Part shown: positions 41,598 to 54,690 of the stretch, in pieces
Numbering within the stretch: the stretch's first letter is position 1
Layout of the letters: the number at the start of each line of letters is the position of its first letter
NCBI GenBank assembly: GCA_965602225.1
Contig: CBFCYE010000012.1
Coordinates: forward strand, 11,177-75,176
DNA: 64,000 nucleotides
Reading direction: 5' to 3'
Origin: an uncultured Gammaproteobacteria bacterium
GTDB taxonomy: Bacteria; Pseudomonadota; Gammaproteobacteria; Tenderiales; Tenderiaceae
Made by a program: the position numbers and the translations under genes
The notes under the pieces: model-generated
Told to the model about the DNA's origin: nothing
What the model saw: the letters and a program-made list of their open reading frames with translations, nothing else
Database searches by the model: none

Positions 41598-42332
41598 TTA
41601 TGAGCCGCAGCCGAATGAGGCGCTGCAGCCATATTGGTAATTGAGCTGGTCTGGCTTGGCGGTTTTGGCCCATTCGACAACGGCGCGTATGCCGCTAGCA
41701 CCGCCACAGTCCTGAGGCAAAAATAATGTTGCCTCCAGCTCTTCTTCCAACTCGGCTATTTTTTCTATATCACCGGCTGTTAGTTTGCGTAATGTCATTA
41801 CTGTGCTGTTGATGCAGGGTGAACATTCCTGGCTGGGGTGTGGCAGAGCGGCTATACCGGCGCGGCTCAGTAGCGCGTCCCGCTGTGCTTGATCAAGATT
41901 AAAGAAAGGCTGCCAGACGCGGCGTTCGCCATTGAATTCACAGCTTTCTATATATTCAGGGACGTCTATAAAATTGGTTTCAACTCCAGATTTTGGCAGT
42001 AATACGGTGGCCTTTGACTCCGGATCAATCTCGTCTGCCCATTTCAGAAAGGGGATGCCCTTTAAATGTAAGGCGCACCATTGCCGTTGGCGAGAAGGAA
42101 AGCCGCCCTTCATTTCCATGACGTCATCAAACGGGGTTGCTGGTTGAATGTGCTTTATCTTGAAGCCTAGTCCTTGGGCAAAATTCTCGCATTTCGAAAC
42201 ATAATCAAGCCAATCCTCGGCTGCCCAGCCGGTATCGACATAGACAACCGTGACATCTTCCAGTCCCTGTTCATGGGCCCACTGGATTAGTGCGATGGAG
42301 TTGTTGCTGTAATTACTGCGCAATATATACAT
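41598..42332 (-). CDS. PAPS reductase / ATP-PPase-fold family protein with C-terminal Cys cluster
   Basis: It has the PP-loop-like N-terminus SNNSIALIQWA...VVYVDTGW and the C-terminal Cys motif QYGCSASFGCGS. Confidence 0.55.
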   Translation of the reverse strand: MYILRSNYSNNSIALIQWAHEQGLEDVTVVYVDTGWAAEDWLDYVSKCENFAQGLGFKIKHIQPATPFDDVMEMKGGFPSRQRQWCALHLKGIPFLKWADEIDPESKATVLLPKSGVETNFIDVPEYIESCEFNGERRVWQPFFNLDQAQRDALLSRAGIAALPHPSQECSPCINSTVMTLRKLTAGDIEKIAELEEELEATLFLPQDCGGASGIRAVVEWAKTAKPDQLNYQYGCSASFGCGS

Positions 42333-42496
42333 GGGTAAAGTAGATAATTATTACCTGATTAAGGCTTAAAGATAGCAAAATTACTATACCTTTGCTGAGT
42401 TGGGGCTGAAATGGTTGTCGGGCGCGTTTGAACAATAATTGGCCAGTTGCCGGATCTGGAGTAAAATGCCCGGTTCCTTTCTTGGATGGCTACTCC

Positions 42497-44389
42497 ATGT
42501 TCTATCAAGATCAATTCGATGTCATTGTTGTTGGCGGCGGTCATGCTGGGACCGAGGCGGCTCTGGCCGCGGCGCGTATGGGTGTTAAGACCCTGCTGTT
42601 GACTCACAACATCGAAACTCTGGGGCAGATGAGCTGTAATCCGGCCATTGGCGGTATCGGCAAGGGGCATCTGGTTAAAGAGGTCGATGCCCTTGGTGGC
42701 GTCATGGCCCGCGCGGCAGACCGGGGCGGTATCCAGTTTCGCATCCTTAATGCCAGTAAAGGTCCGGCGGTGCGTGCCACCCGTGCCCAGGCTGACCGTG
42801 TTCTATATAAAGCGGCAGTGCGCGAAACCCTGGAAAGCCAGCCCAATCTGCAGTTGTTTCAGCAGTCAGTCGATGACTTGATAGTCGAAAGCGACCGCGT
42901 CGTTGGTGTGGTGACCCAGATGGGCTTGAAGTTTCATGCCAAGACGGTGGTGTTGACGGTAGGTACCTTTCTCGGTGGTCGCATCCATATTGGCCTGGAA
43001 AATTATCAGGGCGGCCGCGCTGGCGATCCGCCAGCCAACGCCCTCGCCCAGCGCCTGCGTGAATTGCCCTTCAGTGTCGATCGGCTTAAGACCGGCACGC
43101 CGCCACGCATCGATGGCCGTAGTATCGATTTTAGCCAGCTGGAAGCGCAGCCCGGCGATGACCCAGTGCCGAGCTTTTCCTTTCTCGGCAAACCGCAGCA
43201 TCACCCGCACCAGCTTAGTTGTTTTATCGCCTACACCAACCAGCAGACCCATGAGATTATTCGCGGCGGCATGGACAGATCGCCCATGTACACCGGGGTG
43301 ATTGAGGGGGTCGGTCCGCGCTATTGTCCCTCAATTGAGGATAAAGTGGTGCGTTTTGCCGACAAATCATCGCATCAGATGTTTATTGAGCCTGAGGGTT
43401 TGACTACCCACGAGGTCTATCCCAATGGTATTTCAACCTCCCTGCCCTTCGATGTTCAGCTTGCGTTGGTGCGCTCGATTAAAGGGTTTGAGAATGCTTT
43501 TATCACCCGTCCCGGTTATGCCATTGAATATGATTATTTTGATCCGCGGGAATTAAAATCCAGCCTTGAGACCAAGCACATGGGTGGGTTGTTCTTTGCC
43601 GGTCAGATCAACGGCACCACGGGTTATGAAGAGGCGGCGGCCCAAGGCCTGATGGCGGGCATGAATGCCGCGTTGCAGGTGCAGGAAAAAGAGGCTTGGT
43701 GCCCACGCCGGGATGAGGCATATATTGGTGTCTTGATCGATGATCTAATCACTTGCGGTACCCAGGAGCCCTATCGCATGTTCACCTCTCGGGCTGAATA
43801 TAGATTGCTGTTGCGGGAGGACAATGCCGATCTGCGTCTGACCGAAAAAGGCCGTGAGCTGGGCCTGGTCGACGACGAACGTTGGGCGGCATTTTGTATT
43901 AAACGTGAGGCGATTGAGCAGGAACAGCAGCGATTAAGCAGTAAGTGGTTGCGTCCGGGCGATGCTAGCATAGAGGCTATCGAGTCTGTATTGGGATGTA
44001 AATTGAATAAAGAGGTTCGGGCCACGGAGGCCCTGCGCCGGCCGCAGGTGGATTATCAGTCGCTGGTGTCGCTGGAAGGTGTGGGTCCTGGTGTTGAGGA
44101 TCCCAAGGTGGCCGAGCAGATCGAGATTCAGGCCAAGTATTCCGGTTATATAGATAGGCAGCGGGATGAGATCGAGCGGCAGCGCAAATATGAAGAGGCG
44201 GTTTTGCCTGACGATTTCGATTTTGCCGCGGTTTCAGGCCTGTCGAATGAGGTGAAGCAGAAGCTGGTCCATCAGCGCCCTGCCACCATTGGCCAGGCGG
44301 CGCGTATTCCAGGGGTGACGCCAGCGGCGATTTCGCTGTTGCTGGTTTATCTGAAAAAGCGCAGTGGCAAGCCGCGTAAGCTGGCATAA
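42497..44389 (+). CDS. mnmG: tRNA uridine 5-carboxymethylaminomethyl modification enzyme MnmG (GidA)
   Basis: [30 protein letters not shown]-terminus with a FAD-binding fold. The ORF track starts at 42428, but the start was chosen at the ATG at 42497. Confidence 0.96.
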   Translation: MFYQDQFDVIVVGGGHAGTEAALAAARMGVKTLLLTHNIETLGQMSCNPAIGGIGKGHLVKEVDALGGVMARAADRGGIQFRILNASKGPAVRATRAQADRVLYKAAVRETLESQPNLQLFQQSVDDLIVESDRVVGVVTQMGLKFHAKTVVLTVGTFLGGRIHIGLENYQGGRAGDPPANALAQRLRELPFSVDRLKTGTPPRIDGRSIDFSQLEAQPGDDPVPSFSFLGKPQHHPHQLSCFIAYTNQQTHEIIRGGMDRSPMYTGVIEGVGPRYCPSIEDKVVRFADKSSHQMFIEPEGLTTHEVYPNGISTSLPFDVQLALVRSIKGFENAFITRPGYAIEYDYFDPRELKSSLETKHMGGLFFAGQINGTTGYEEAAAQGLMAGMNAALQVQEKEAWCPRRDEAYIGVLIDDLITCGTQEPYRMFTSRAEYRLLLREDNADLRLTEKGRELGLVDDERWAAFCIKREAIEQEQQRLSSKWLRPGDASIEAIESVLGCKLNKEVRATEALRRPQVDYQSLVSLEGVGPGVEDPKVAEQIEIQAKYSGYIDRQRDEIERQRKYEEAVLPDDFDFAAVSGLSNEVKQKLVHQRPATIGQAARIPGVTPAAISLLLVYLKKRSGKPRKLA

Positions 44390-44414
44390 GCCCAGCCAAT
44401 TTATTGGAAATTGA

Positions 44415-44879
44415 ATGAATAAAATTGTATCCGTTTTGCTTTGCGTTTTGCTGGGGATGTCGGCAGCGATGGCCGAGCCGTTGATAGAAAAGGGCTTGGT
44501 TAGTATAAAAAGCCCCCATAGCGTGGCGGTGACGTTGGATCGCCTGGAGCAAGCCTTGAAGGACAAGGGTGTGACCATTGTTACCCGCTGGAGCCACGCT
44601 GCGGGTGCGGCAAAGGTGGGTATCGCGCTGCGACCGACTGAGTTGCTGATTTTTGGCAATCCCAAGCTGGGCAGTCATTTTTTTACCAGCCAGCAAACGG
44701 CCGGCATCGATCTGCCCATGAAGGCCCTGGCTTGGGAGGATGAGTCTGGTCAAGTGTGGCTGGGTTATAACGACCCCGCCTATATCGCAGAGCGGCACGG
44801 CATCAAGGATCGTGATGAGGTGATGCAGAAGATGATTAGCGCTCTGGATAGGTTTAGCTCCATGGTGGTTGCGCCCTGA
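44415..44879 (+). CDS. secreted DUF302 domain protein
   Basis: 154 aa with a signal peptide (MNKIVSVLLCVLLGMSAAMA). It sits between mnmG and rsmG and overlaps the rsmG start (TGATG). Confidence 0.5.
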   Translation: MNKIVSVLLCVLLGMSAAMAEPLIEKGLVSIKSPHSVAVTLDRLEQALKDKGVTIVTRWSHAAGAAKVGIALRPTELLIFGNPKLGSHFFTSQQTAGIDLPMKALAWEDESGQVWLGYNDPAYIAERHGIKDRDEVMQKMISALDRFSSMVVAP

Positions 44880-45508
44880 TGAGTGACAGAGATGTATTAA
44901 TAAAGGGCTTGGCTCAACTGGGTTTGCCCCTGGCGGATGCGGCGCAGCAGCAATTACTCGATTATCTTGTGCTGCTGCAAAAGTGGAATAAGGTCCATAA
45001 TCTGATTTCGCGCAAAGAGAGTGACAACCTGGTGGTGCGTCATCTGCTCGACAGTCTGGTTGCGTTGCCTTACATTAACGGCTCTCGCGTTGTTGATGTT
45101 GGTAGTGGTGCCGGTTTGCCGGGGATCCCTCTGGCGATAGCCAATCCGCAATGTCACTTTACCCTGCTGGATTGCAATAGCAAAAAGGCTAGGTTTCGTA
45201 ATCAGGCAGTCATTGAACTTGGTTTGAAGAATGTGACAGTGGCGGATGCGCGGGCTGAGGAGTTTCGTCCTGAGCAGGGTTTTGATAGCGTGATTTCACG
45301 CGCCTTTGCCACTATCGCCGATATGCTGACGGTGGCGGGTCATCTGGCTACGCCCGGCGGGAAGTTCCTGGCGATGAAGGGTGTTTATCCCGAACAAGAG
45401 TTGGCTGAGTTGCCGCAGGGCTATCGGCTGGAGGTGGTGCATCCGCTGGATGTGCCACTTTTGGGAGCTGAACGGCATCTGGTTGTTGTGGTGCGAACCG
45501 AAGATTAA
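44879..45508 (+). CDS. rsmG: 16S rRNA (guanine527-N7)-methyltransferase RsmG (GidB)
   Basis: It has a SAM-binding motif (VVDVGSGAGLPGIPLAI) and lies in mnmG-rsmG-parAB synteny. Confidence 0.93.
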   Translation: MSDRDVLIKGLAQLGLPLADAAQQQLLDYLVLLQKWNKVHNLISRKESDNLVVRHLLDSLVALPYINGSRVVDVGSGAGLPGIPLAIANPQCHFTLLDCNSKKARFRNQAVIELGLKNVTVADARAEEFRPEQGFDSVISRAFATIADMLTVAGHLATPGGKFLAMKGVYPEQELAELPQGYRLEVVHPLDVPLLGAERHLVVVVRTED

Positions 45509-45530
45509 CTGAAGTAGGAATAGCAGGCCC

Positions 45531-46322
45531 ATGGCAAAGATCATTGCAGTCACCAATCAGAAAGGCGGCGTTGGCAAGACCACCACCAGTATTAATCTGG
45601 CGGCTTCGCTGGCGGCGACCAAACGACGGGTAATGCTGATCGATCTGGACCCACAGGGCAATGCCACCATGGGTAGCGGTGTTGACAAGAGCGCTGTCGA
45701 GGCCAGTTGTTGTGAGGTGTTGTTGGGTGAGATGCCGGTGCGCGATGTGATCGTTAGTGCCGAGCAAGCGGGTTATGATCTGATCCCTTCCAATGCCGAT
45801 GTTACCGCCGCTGAGGTGCGTTTGATGGGAGTGTCTAACCGCGAGGAGCAGTTGCGCTGTGCCTTGGCTGAAATTCGCCAGGATTACGATTATATTCTGA
45901 TTGATTGTCCGCCATCGCTGAATATGTTGACTGTTAATGCGCTGGTGGCGGCACAGTCAGTGCTAATTCCGATGCAGTGTGAGTATTATGCCCTTGAAGG
46001 TTTGACTGCACTGCTTGAGACTATTGAGCAGATCCGTGTGGCCAGTAACCCTGCGTTACAGATCGAAGGTCTGCTGCGCACCATGTACGATGCCCGTAAT
46101 AATTTGGCCAATGATGTTTCAGAGCAGTTGATGCATCATTTTGCCAGCAAGGTCTATCGCACCGTGATTCCACGTAATATCCGTTTGGCTGAGGCGCCAA
46201 GCCATGGTTTGCCTGTGATGATGTATGACAAGGCTTGCGCGGGTAGTCTGGCGTATCTGGCTTTGGCGGGTGAGATTATCCGCAAGGAACAAAGTGGCGA
46301 ACTGCCAAAGGCCGCAGTTTAA
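45531..46322 (+). CDS. parA: chromosome partitioning ATPase ParA (Soj)
   Basis: Deviant Walker A motif (NQKGGVGKTTT). Confidence 0.95.
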   Translation: MAKIIAVTNQKGGVGKTTTSINLAASLAATKRRVMLIDLDPQGNATMGSGVDKSAVEASCCEVLLGEMPVRDVIVSAEQAGYDLIPSNADVTAAEVRLMGVSNREEQLRCALAEIRQDYDYILIDCPPSLNMLTVNALVAAQSVLIPMQCEYYALEGLTALLETIEQIRVASNPALQIEGLLRTMYDARNNLANDVSEQLMHHFASKVYRTVIPRNIRLAEAPSHGLPVMMYDKACAGSLAYLALAGEIIRKEQSGELPKAAV

Positions 46323-46349
46323 CAATAGCTTAGAGAATTGTAGATATAT

Positions 46350-47246
46350 ATGGCAGCAAAAAAGCGTGGTTTAGGGCGGGGTTTGAATGAGTTGTTAGCG
46401 GGCTCCAAACTTGCGTCAGCGGCGACCAGTGATGGGGCTGCGGATGCTGCATCTGACAAGGATTTGCTCAAAATCCTGCCAGTTGATCTGATGCAGCGCG
46501 GTGTCTATCAGCCGCGTGTTGATATGCATCCGGAGACCCTGCAGGAGCTGGCGGATTCAATCAAGGCGCAAGGTGTAGTTCAGCCAATTGTGGTCCGCCC
46601 CATCGGTAACAAGCGCTATGAGATTATCGCCGGTGAACGTCGCTGGCGTGCCTCGCAGATGGCGGGGCTGCAAGAAATTCCATGTGTAATAAAGGATGTG
46701 CCGGATCAGGCGGCCATGGCTATGGCGCTGATCGAGAATATTCAGCGCGAAGATCTGAACTCCATGGAAGAGGCGCGAGCCCTGCAACGTTTAATCAAGG
46801 AGTTTGAGCTAACGCACCAGCAGGCAGCTGATGCTGTGGGTCGTTCACGTGCGGCTGTTTCCAATTTATTGCGGCTGTTGGAACTTGAAGACGAGGTTTG
46901 TGTTTTGGTTGAGCATGGTGATCTGGAAATGGGTCATGCCCGTGCCTTACTAGCTTTGCAGGGTGAGGCTCAGCGAGAGGCGGCCCGTTTTGTGGTGGCA
47001 AAAGGCTTGTCTGTGCGTGAGACTGAGCGTTTGGTTAAGCGTAAGCAAGAAGAGCATAATTCCGTAGCAAAGCCGGCAGTAGAAGATCCAAATGTCCGCA
47101 AACTCGAAGAAGAGTTGTCAGGCAAGCTGGCGGCGAAGGTCAAGATTCAGCATGGCCCCAAAGGCAATGGCAAGGTTGTGATTCAATATAATAGTTTGGA
47201 TGAGCTGGATGGAATTTTGGCTCAAATGGGTAAGTCTGAATTCTAG
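46350..47246 (+). CDS. parB: chromosome partitioning protein ParB (Spo0J)
   Basis: It has the ParB box (GERRWRAS) and an HTH (HQQAADAVGRSRAAVSNLLRL). Confidence 0.95.
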   Translation: MAAKKRGLGRGLNELLAGSKLASAATSDGAADAASDKDLLKILPVDLMQRGVYQPRVDMHPETLQELADSIKAQGVVQPIVVRPIGNKRYEIIAGERRWRASQMAGLQEIPCVIKDVPDQAAMAMALIENIQREDLNSMEEARALQRLIKEFELTHQQAADAVGRSRAAVSNLLRLLELEDEVCVLVEHGDLEMGHARALLALQGEAQREAARFVVAKGLSVRETERLVKRKQEEHNSVAKPAVEDPNVRKLEEELSGKLAAKVKIQHGPKGNGKVVIQYNSLDELDGILAQMGKSEF

Positions 47247-47356
47247 CGTGATCATCTAGTTTTTAAGCTTTACAGTATTTTGTTTGTCCCTAAGGGTTGC
47301 GGTGACATATAGACGCGGGCTATACTCACGCGCCGAAACAGAGTGCATATCCTGGA

Positions 47357-47557
47357 ATGATAAAAACAACAGGCCCAGCTTTGATTTTGGCGGGTGTGGG
47401 AACGCATTTAGCGGCAATGGTAATCGTCGGTTTTGCCTTGGGCTTTGGGCTTGATTACTTAATAGATACGACACCTGTATTTATGCTGATATTCGGGATC
47501 CTTGGCTTTGTAGGTGGAATATTAAGAGCCATCGATTTGTTAAATAGGTATAAGTAA
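47357..47557 (+). CDS. AtpZ/AtpI-like small membrane protein preceding the atp operon
   Basis: 66 aa with two TM helices, immediately upstream of and abutting atpI. Confidence 0.55.
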   Translation: MIKTTGPALILAGVGTHLAAMVIVGFALGFGLDYLIDTTPVFMLIFGILGFVGGILRAIDLLNRYK

Positions 47558-47956
47558 GTGGACGTTGCTGTAGGTCAGGTGCAAACCAGCGCAAAGAAAG
47601 TGGCTGGGCTGCAAATAATAATAGCTGCACTGACGGCGGTAGTGTTTGGGGTTATTGAAGGTGGTTGGGCAGCAGGTTCAGCGTTCTTTGGTGGCCTTAT
47701 AGGTTTGACGGTTTCGTTGCTGTTGCGACGAGGTGTGCTGAAGGCGAATGAAATCGCCCAGGAAGACCCTAAGCGAGGCATGATTGTTCTTTATGCTGGC
47801 GCTGTTCAACGTTTTGTTGTGGTCTTGGCTCTGTTTGGCTTGGCTTTAGGTTGGCTGGATATGACACCGTTGGCCGTGGTAATTGGATTTGGCTGTGCGC
47901 AACTGGCATATGCGGTGGTGATGAAAAAAAGTGCTCACCCGGCTAGTCGCAAGTAA
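47558..47956 (+). CDS. atpI: ATP synthase protein I
   Basis: 132 aa with four TM helices at the first position of the atp operon. A GTG start was inferred. Confidence 0.75.
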   Translation: MDVAVGQVQTSAKKVAGLQIIIAALTAVVFGVIEGGWAAGSAFFGGLIGLTVSLLLRRGVLKANEIAQEDPKRGMIVLYAGAVQRFVVVLALFGLALGWLDMTPLAVVIGFGCAQLAYAVVMKKSAHPASRK

Positions 47957-48835
<879 letters not shown>

Positions 48836-48922
48836 TCCTGAGCTGAGGTAAGTTCAGAGGAAATTGTTTTTAGTAGTTTTGTTTTAATTATAATTTTTAT
48901 CTTTAAATAAGGAGAGTAACAA

Positions 48923-49213
48923 ATGACAGCTGATATGGTCGCTATGATCTATGCTTACACTGCTGTTGGCGTTGGTGTAATTTTGGCCGCGGCAGGTATG
49001 GGTTCAGCCATTGGTTGGGGCCTGATTTGTGCGAAGACACTGGAAGGCATTGCTCGTCAGCCTGAAATGCGTCCTGCCCTGATGACTAACATGTTTATCT
49101 TTGCTGGTCTGATGGAATCTTTTCCATTCATTATCCTGGCTTTCGCTATGTGGTTTCTGTTCGCTAACCCGTTCGTTGGTGCACTGTCTGCCGCAATTAG
49201 CACTATTGGCTAA
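48923..49213 (+). CDS. atpE: F0F1 ATP synthase subunit c
   Basis: ARQPEMRPALMTNMFIFAGLMESFPFIIL with the conserved acidic residue in helix 2. Confidence 0.93.
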   Translation: MTADMVAMIYAYTAVGVGVILAAAGMGSAIGWGLICAKTLEGIARQPEMRPALMTNMFIFAGLMESFPFIILAFAMWFLFANPFVGALSAAISTIG

Positions 49214-49255
49214 GGCAAATATCTCTCAGCTAATAGAAACTAAGGGGATATACTA

Positions 49256-49726
49256 GTGAATATTACAGCGACCCTACTTGCTCAGATCGTAGCCTTTGTG
49301 CTGTTGATCTGGTTTGTAAATAAGTTCTTATGGGGCCCAATGAGCGCTATGTTGGAAGATCGTCAAAAGCGAATTGCTGATGGTCTTGCTGCTGGTGAAA
49401 AGGGTAAAAAAGAACTGGAGCTGGCGGAGAAACGTGCGACTGATGCACTGAAAGACGCAAAGGCCCAAGCATCTGAAATCCTGGTTCAAGCTGAAAAGCG
49501 TGGCTCAGCGATTGTTGAAGAAGCAAAAGGCAAAGCGCGTGAAGAAGGTGGACGTATCGTGGCTGCGGCAAATGCAGAAATTGAACAAGAAGTTAACCGA
49601 GCTAAAGAAGAGATTCGCGGCAAGGTTTCTGAAATTTCTGTTGCTGCTGCCGCCAAGATCATTGGCCGTGAAATCGACGCTAAAGCACACGACAAACTAA
49701 TTAAAGATTTGGCTACCCAGATTTAA
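49256..49726 (+). CDS. atpF: F0F1 ATP synthase subunit b
   Basis: An N-terminal TM helix followed by a long charged coiled-coil. Confidence 0.93.
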   Translation: MNITATLLAQIVAFVLLIWFVNKFLWGPMSAMLEDRQKRIADGLAAGEKGKKELELAEKRATDALKDAKAQASEILVQAEKRGSAIVEEAKGKAREEGGRIVAAANAEIEQEVNRAKEEIRGKVSEISVAAAAKIIGREIDAKAHDKLIKDLATQI

Positions 49727-49734
49727 TCCTGACT

Positions 49735-50271
49735 ATGGCAGAAAAAACTACAATTGCACGACCCTATGCACTGGCAATATTTGAAAGTGCAAAAGCAAAG
49801 GGTCAAATGGCAAAGGTCACGGAAGCACTGCGCATTGCTGCAGCTGCTGTGTCTGACCCTGCGCTAGCGTCCTTGATCGGTAACCCCGGTGTAGCGGACG
49901 ATAAAATTACCGCATTGTTAACTGATGTATGTGGTGATCATGCTAGTGCAGAGGTTGGGAATTTCTTCAAGCTGTTGGCTGAGTATAATCGGTTGACTGT
50001 TTTGCCAGAAATTGCGGATCTTTTTGATAGTTATCGCGCAGAAGAAGAAAGCACAGTTGAAGCTGAAGTTATTTCAGCGGCAGAACTGAGTGAAGCGCAG
50101 AAGACCGATATTGCAAGTGGCTTGAAAAAGCGCTTGGGCCGTGAAATCACTCTTCAATGTTCAATTGATGAGAGTTTGGTTGGCGGTGCAATTATTCGGG
50201 CAGGAGATCTGGTAATAGACGGGTCAATAACGAGCCAGCTAAACAAGCTTGGCCAAGCGTTGTCTCGCTAA
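49735..50271 (+). CDS. atpH: F0F1 ATP synthase subunit delta
   Basis: 178 aa in the operon position between atpF and atpA. Confidence 0.92.
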   Translation: MAEKTTIARPYALAIFESAKAKGQMAKVTEALRIAAAAVSDPALASLIGNPGVADDKITALLTDVCGDHASAEVGNFFKLLAEYNRLTVLPEIADLFDSYRAEEESTVEAEVISAAELSEAQKTDIASGLKKRLGREITLQCSIDESLVGGAIIRAGDLVIDGSITSQLNKLGQALSR

Positions 50272-50292
50272 AGTCTTATAGAGGATAGGCAT

Positions 50293-51834
50293 ATGCAACT
50301 TAATGCAGCTGAAATTAGTGAACTGATTAAAAAGCGCATCGACAACTTTGAGGTTGTCACTGAAGCGCGAACTGAAGGTACCGTAGTCAGTCTGACTGAT
50401 GGTATCGCTCGTATCCACGGTCTGGCCGACGTAATGTCTGGTGAGATGATCGAGTTTCCAGGCAATACCTATGGTATGGCTCTTAACCTGGAGCGTGATT
50501 CTGTAGGTGCGGTTGTTCTGGGTCCATACGAACACATTTCTGAAGGTGATAAGGTCCGCTGTACTGGCCGTATCCTGGAAGTTCCTACCGGTGAAGGTCT
50601 GCTTGGTCGCGTTGTTGACGCGCTGGGTAATCCAATCGATGGTAAGGGTCCAGTTGAGTCTTCAACTAGCTCTCCGATTGAACAGATAGCCCCCGGTGTA
50701 ATTGAACGCCAATCGGTTGATCAGCCAGTGCAAACTGGTTTGAAATCAATCGATGCGATGGTGCCAGTTGGTCGTGGTCAGCGTGAGTTGATTATCGGTG
50801 ACCGTCAGACAGGTAAAACTGCTGTTGCGGTTGATGCTATCATCAATCAAAAGGATACTGGCGTAAAATGTATCTACGTTGCGATTGGCCAAAAGGCCTC
50901 TTCTATCGCAAGCGTTGTGCGTAAGCTGGAAGAACACGGCGCTCTGTCAAATACTATCATTGTTGCTGCGACTGCTTCTGATTCTGCAGCGCTGCAGTTT
51001 GTCGCGCCATACGCTGGTTGTGCCATGGGTGAGTATTTCCGTGACCGCGGTGAAGATGCGTTGATCGTATATGATGATTTGACCAAGCAAGCTTGGGCTT
51101 ACCGTCAGGTGTCATTGTTGTTGCGTCGTCCTCCAGGTCGTGAAGCTTATCCCGGTGATGTTTTCTATCTTCATTCAAGATTGTTGGAACGTGCTTCACG
51201 TGTTAACACTGATTATGTTGAAAAGTTTACCGACGGCAAGGTTAAGGGTAAAACAGGTTCTTTGACTGCTTTCCCAATTATCGAAACTCAGGGTGGTGAC
51301 GTATCTGCATTCGTTCCAACCAACGTAATCTCGATTACCGATGGACAGATCTTCTTGGAATCTGATTTGTTTAACGCCGGTATCCGTCCTGCGATCAATG
51401 CTGGTTTGTCAGTATCTCGTGTTGGTGGTGCTGCTCAGACCAAGATCATCAAGAAACTCGGTGGTGGTGTTCGTCTTGATTTGGCTCAGTATCGTGAACT
51501 GGCGGCATTTGCCCAGTTTGCTTCTGACCTTGATGAAGCGACACGTAAGCAGATCGAACGTGGTCAACGTGTAACTGAGCTTATGAAGCAGAAGCAGTAT
51601 TCACCAATGTCTATTGCTGAAATGGCTTTTTCATTGTTTGCTGCTAACGAAGGCTTCCTGGATGATGTCGACGTGAACAAGGTTGTTTCTTTTGAATCAG
51701 CCATGGTCTCTTACATCAATTCAAACGCTGCGGATCTAGTGAAAACCATTAACGATACAGCTAATTACAATGATGAAATAGCTGGTCAGATGCGTGAAAC
51801 ACTGGCGAAGTTTAAAGCTAACAGCACTTGGTAA
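50293..51834 (+). CDS. atpA: F0F1 ATP synthase subunit alpha
   Basis: [10 protein letters not shown]-loop, 513 aa. Confidence 0.97.
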   Translation: MQLNAAEISELIKKRIDNFEVVTEARTEGTVVSLTDGIARIHGLADVMSGEMIEFPGNTYGMALNLERDSVGAVVLGPYEHISEGDKVRCTGRILEVPTGEGLLGRVVDALGNPIDGKGPVESSTSSPIEQIAPGVIERQSVDQPVQTGLKSIDAMVPVGRGQRELIIGDRQTGKTAVAVDAIINQKDTGVKCIYVAIGQKASSIASVVRKLEEHGALSNTIIVAATASDSAALQFVAPYAGCAMGEYFRDRGEDALIVYDDLTKQAWAYRQVSLLLRRPPGREAYPGDVFYLHSRLLERASRVNTDYVEKFTDGKVKGKTGSLTAFPIIETQGGDVSAFVPTNVISITDGQIFLESDLFNAGIRPAINAGLSVSRVGGAAQTKIIKKLGGGVRLDLAQYRELAAFAQFASDLDEATRKQIERGQRVTELMKQKQYSPMSIAEMAFSLFAANEGFLDDVDVNKVVSFESAMVSYINSNAADLVKTINDTANYNDEIAGQMRETLAKFKANSTW

Positions 51835-51848
51835 CAGGAGCCTGAGCT

Positions 51849-52712
51849 ATGGCAGTCGGTAAAGAAGTCCGCACCAAGATCAAGAGTATTCAAAACACTC
51901 AGAAGATCACGCGGGCCATGGAAATGGTGGCAGCGAGTAAAATGCGTAAGGCGCAGCAGCGTATGCAAGCGTCGCGTCCTTATGCAGAAAAAATTCGTGC
52001 TGTAATTGGCCATCTTTCTCAAGCACATCCAGAATATCGTCACCCTTATCTGCAAGAGACGGCGTCGGTTAAGCGTGTTGGTCTGATCGTGGTTTCCAGT
52101 GATCGTGGCCTTTGTGGTGGTTTGAACACTAACCTGTTCAAGGCCACCGTAAAGTCGATTAAGGAATGGCGTGAAAAAGGTGTTGAAGTTGATCTGTGTC
52201 TGATTGGACAAAAAGGTATCAGTTTCCTCAAACGCCTTGGTAGCGTTCGCGCCTCTGTTGGCCAGCTTGGCGATGCGCCAGGGATCGGTGAATTGATCGG
52301 TAGTGTCAAGGTCATGCTGGATGCATTTGATAATGGTGAAATTGATCGTATTGATGTCGTTTACAATAAGTTTGTAAATACCATGACGCAAGATCCATGC
52401 GTCGATCAGTTGCTGCCAATTCAAGCAGATGAAGTTGATGATGAGCTGAAGCACCATTGGGATTATCTCTACGAGCCAGAAGCCAAGGATGTCTTGACTG
52501 ACTTGCTGGTTCGTTATGTTGAATCTCAGGTTTACCAGGGCGTTGTTGAAAACATTGCTTGTGAGCAAGCGGCGCGGATGGTTGCGATGAAGGCAGCTTC
52601 TGATAATGCTGGCGATCTGATTAATGATTTGCAGTTGGTTTATAACAAGGCCCGTCAGGCTGCGATTACTCAGGAAATTTCTGAAATCGTCAGTGGTGCA
52701 GCTGCTGTTTAA
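51849..52712 (+). CDS. atpG: F0F1 ATP synthase subunit gamma
   Basis: [27 protein letters not shown]-terminus. Confidence 0.96.
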   Translation: MAVGKEVRTKIKSIQNTQKITRAMEMVAASKMRKAQQRMQASRPYAEKIRAVIGHLSQAHPEYRHPYLQETASVKRVGLIVVSSDRGLCGGLNTNLFKATVKSIKEWREKGVEVDLCLIGQKGISFLKRLGSVRASVGQLGDAPGIGELIGSVKVMLDAFDNGEIDRIDVVYNKFVNTMTQDPCVDQLLPIQADEVDDELKHHWDYLYEPEAKDVLTDLLVRYVESQVYQGVVENIACEQAARMVAMKAASDNAGDLINDLQLVYNKARQAAITQEISEIVSGAAAV

Positions 52713-52763
52713 GCTTGCGTGTTTAGCGGAATTTTTAAGAATAATAGTGCAAAGAGGAACTGA

Positions 52764-54152
<1,389 letters not shown>

Positions 54153-54171
54153 TCCCTGATAGGAGGGTATT

Positions 54172-54597
54172 ATGTCGATGACAGTACATGTTGATATCGT
54201 TAGCGCTGAGGCCAATATATTTTCTGGCACAGCAAAAATGGTGCACGCGTCAGGTGCGATGGGGGATCTTGGTATCCTGCCTCGCCATGCACCATTGCTG
54301 ACTAAGCTAAAGCCAGGTGAAGTACGTGTTGAACGTGCTGATGGTGAGGAAGAGTTTTACTACATCTCAGGTGGGATGTTGGAAGTTCAACCTCACTGCA
54401 TCACTGTTTTGGCTGATACTGCGGTACGCGCTAAAGACCTTGATGAGGCTGCAGCGAAGCAGGCTAAAGAACGTGCTGAGCAGGCTTTGCGTGACCATAA
54501 AGGTGATATGGATCTTGCTCAGGTCGAGCGTGAACTTGCTGAGGCAATGGCTCAATTGCAAGCAATTAGCAAGTTGCGGTCTAAAATGGGCCGTTAA
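54172..54597 (+). CDS. atpC: F0F1 ATP synthase subunit epsilon
   Basis: 141 aa with an [12 protein letters not shown]-terminus in the operon position after atpD. Confidence 0.94.
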   Translation: MSMTVHVDIVSAEANIFSGTAKMVHASGAMGDLGILPRHAPLLTKLKPGEVRVERADGEEEFYYISGGMLEVQPHCITVLADTAVRAKDLDEAAAKQAKERAEQALRDHKGDMDLAQVERELAEAMAQLQAISKLRSKMGR

Positions 54598-54690
54598 ACT
54601 TACGCAATGTCAAAGTGTTAGTATTAAGGGGGAAGGCTTTATAGTCTTTCCCCTTTTCTTTTTGTAGCAAAGCATTTAACAGGTAGGTAT

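Noticed and set aside
10640-42400. Whole variable segment between mnmE and mnmG, considered as a possible genomic island or mobile element.
   Set aside because: There is no integrase, transposase, tRNA target or flanking direct repeat. The gene content is a mix of chromosomal signalling and metabolic genes, so it was treated as lineage-specific chromosome, not a mobile element.
42333-42496. The region upstream of mnmG (gidA) was examined for an E. coli-type oriC.
   Set aside because: No TTATCCACA-like boxes or clustered GATC sites were seen there. The DnaA boxes are instead concentrated between dnaA and dnaN.
51786-52568. 260-aa minus-strand ORF overlapping atpG.
   Set aside because: It is antisense to a highly conserved housekeeping gene and has Asn/Phe-rich low-complexity composition, typical of a spurious shadow ORF.
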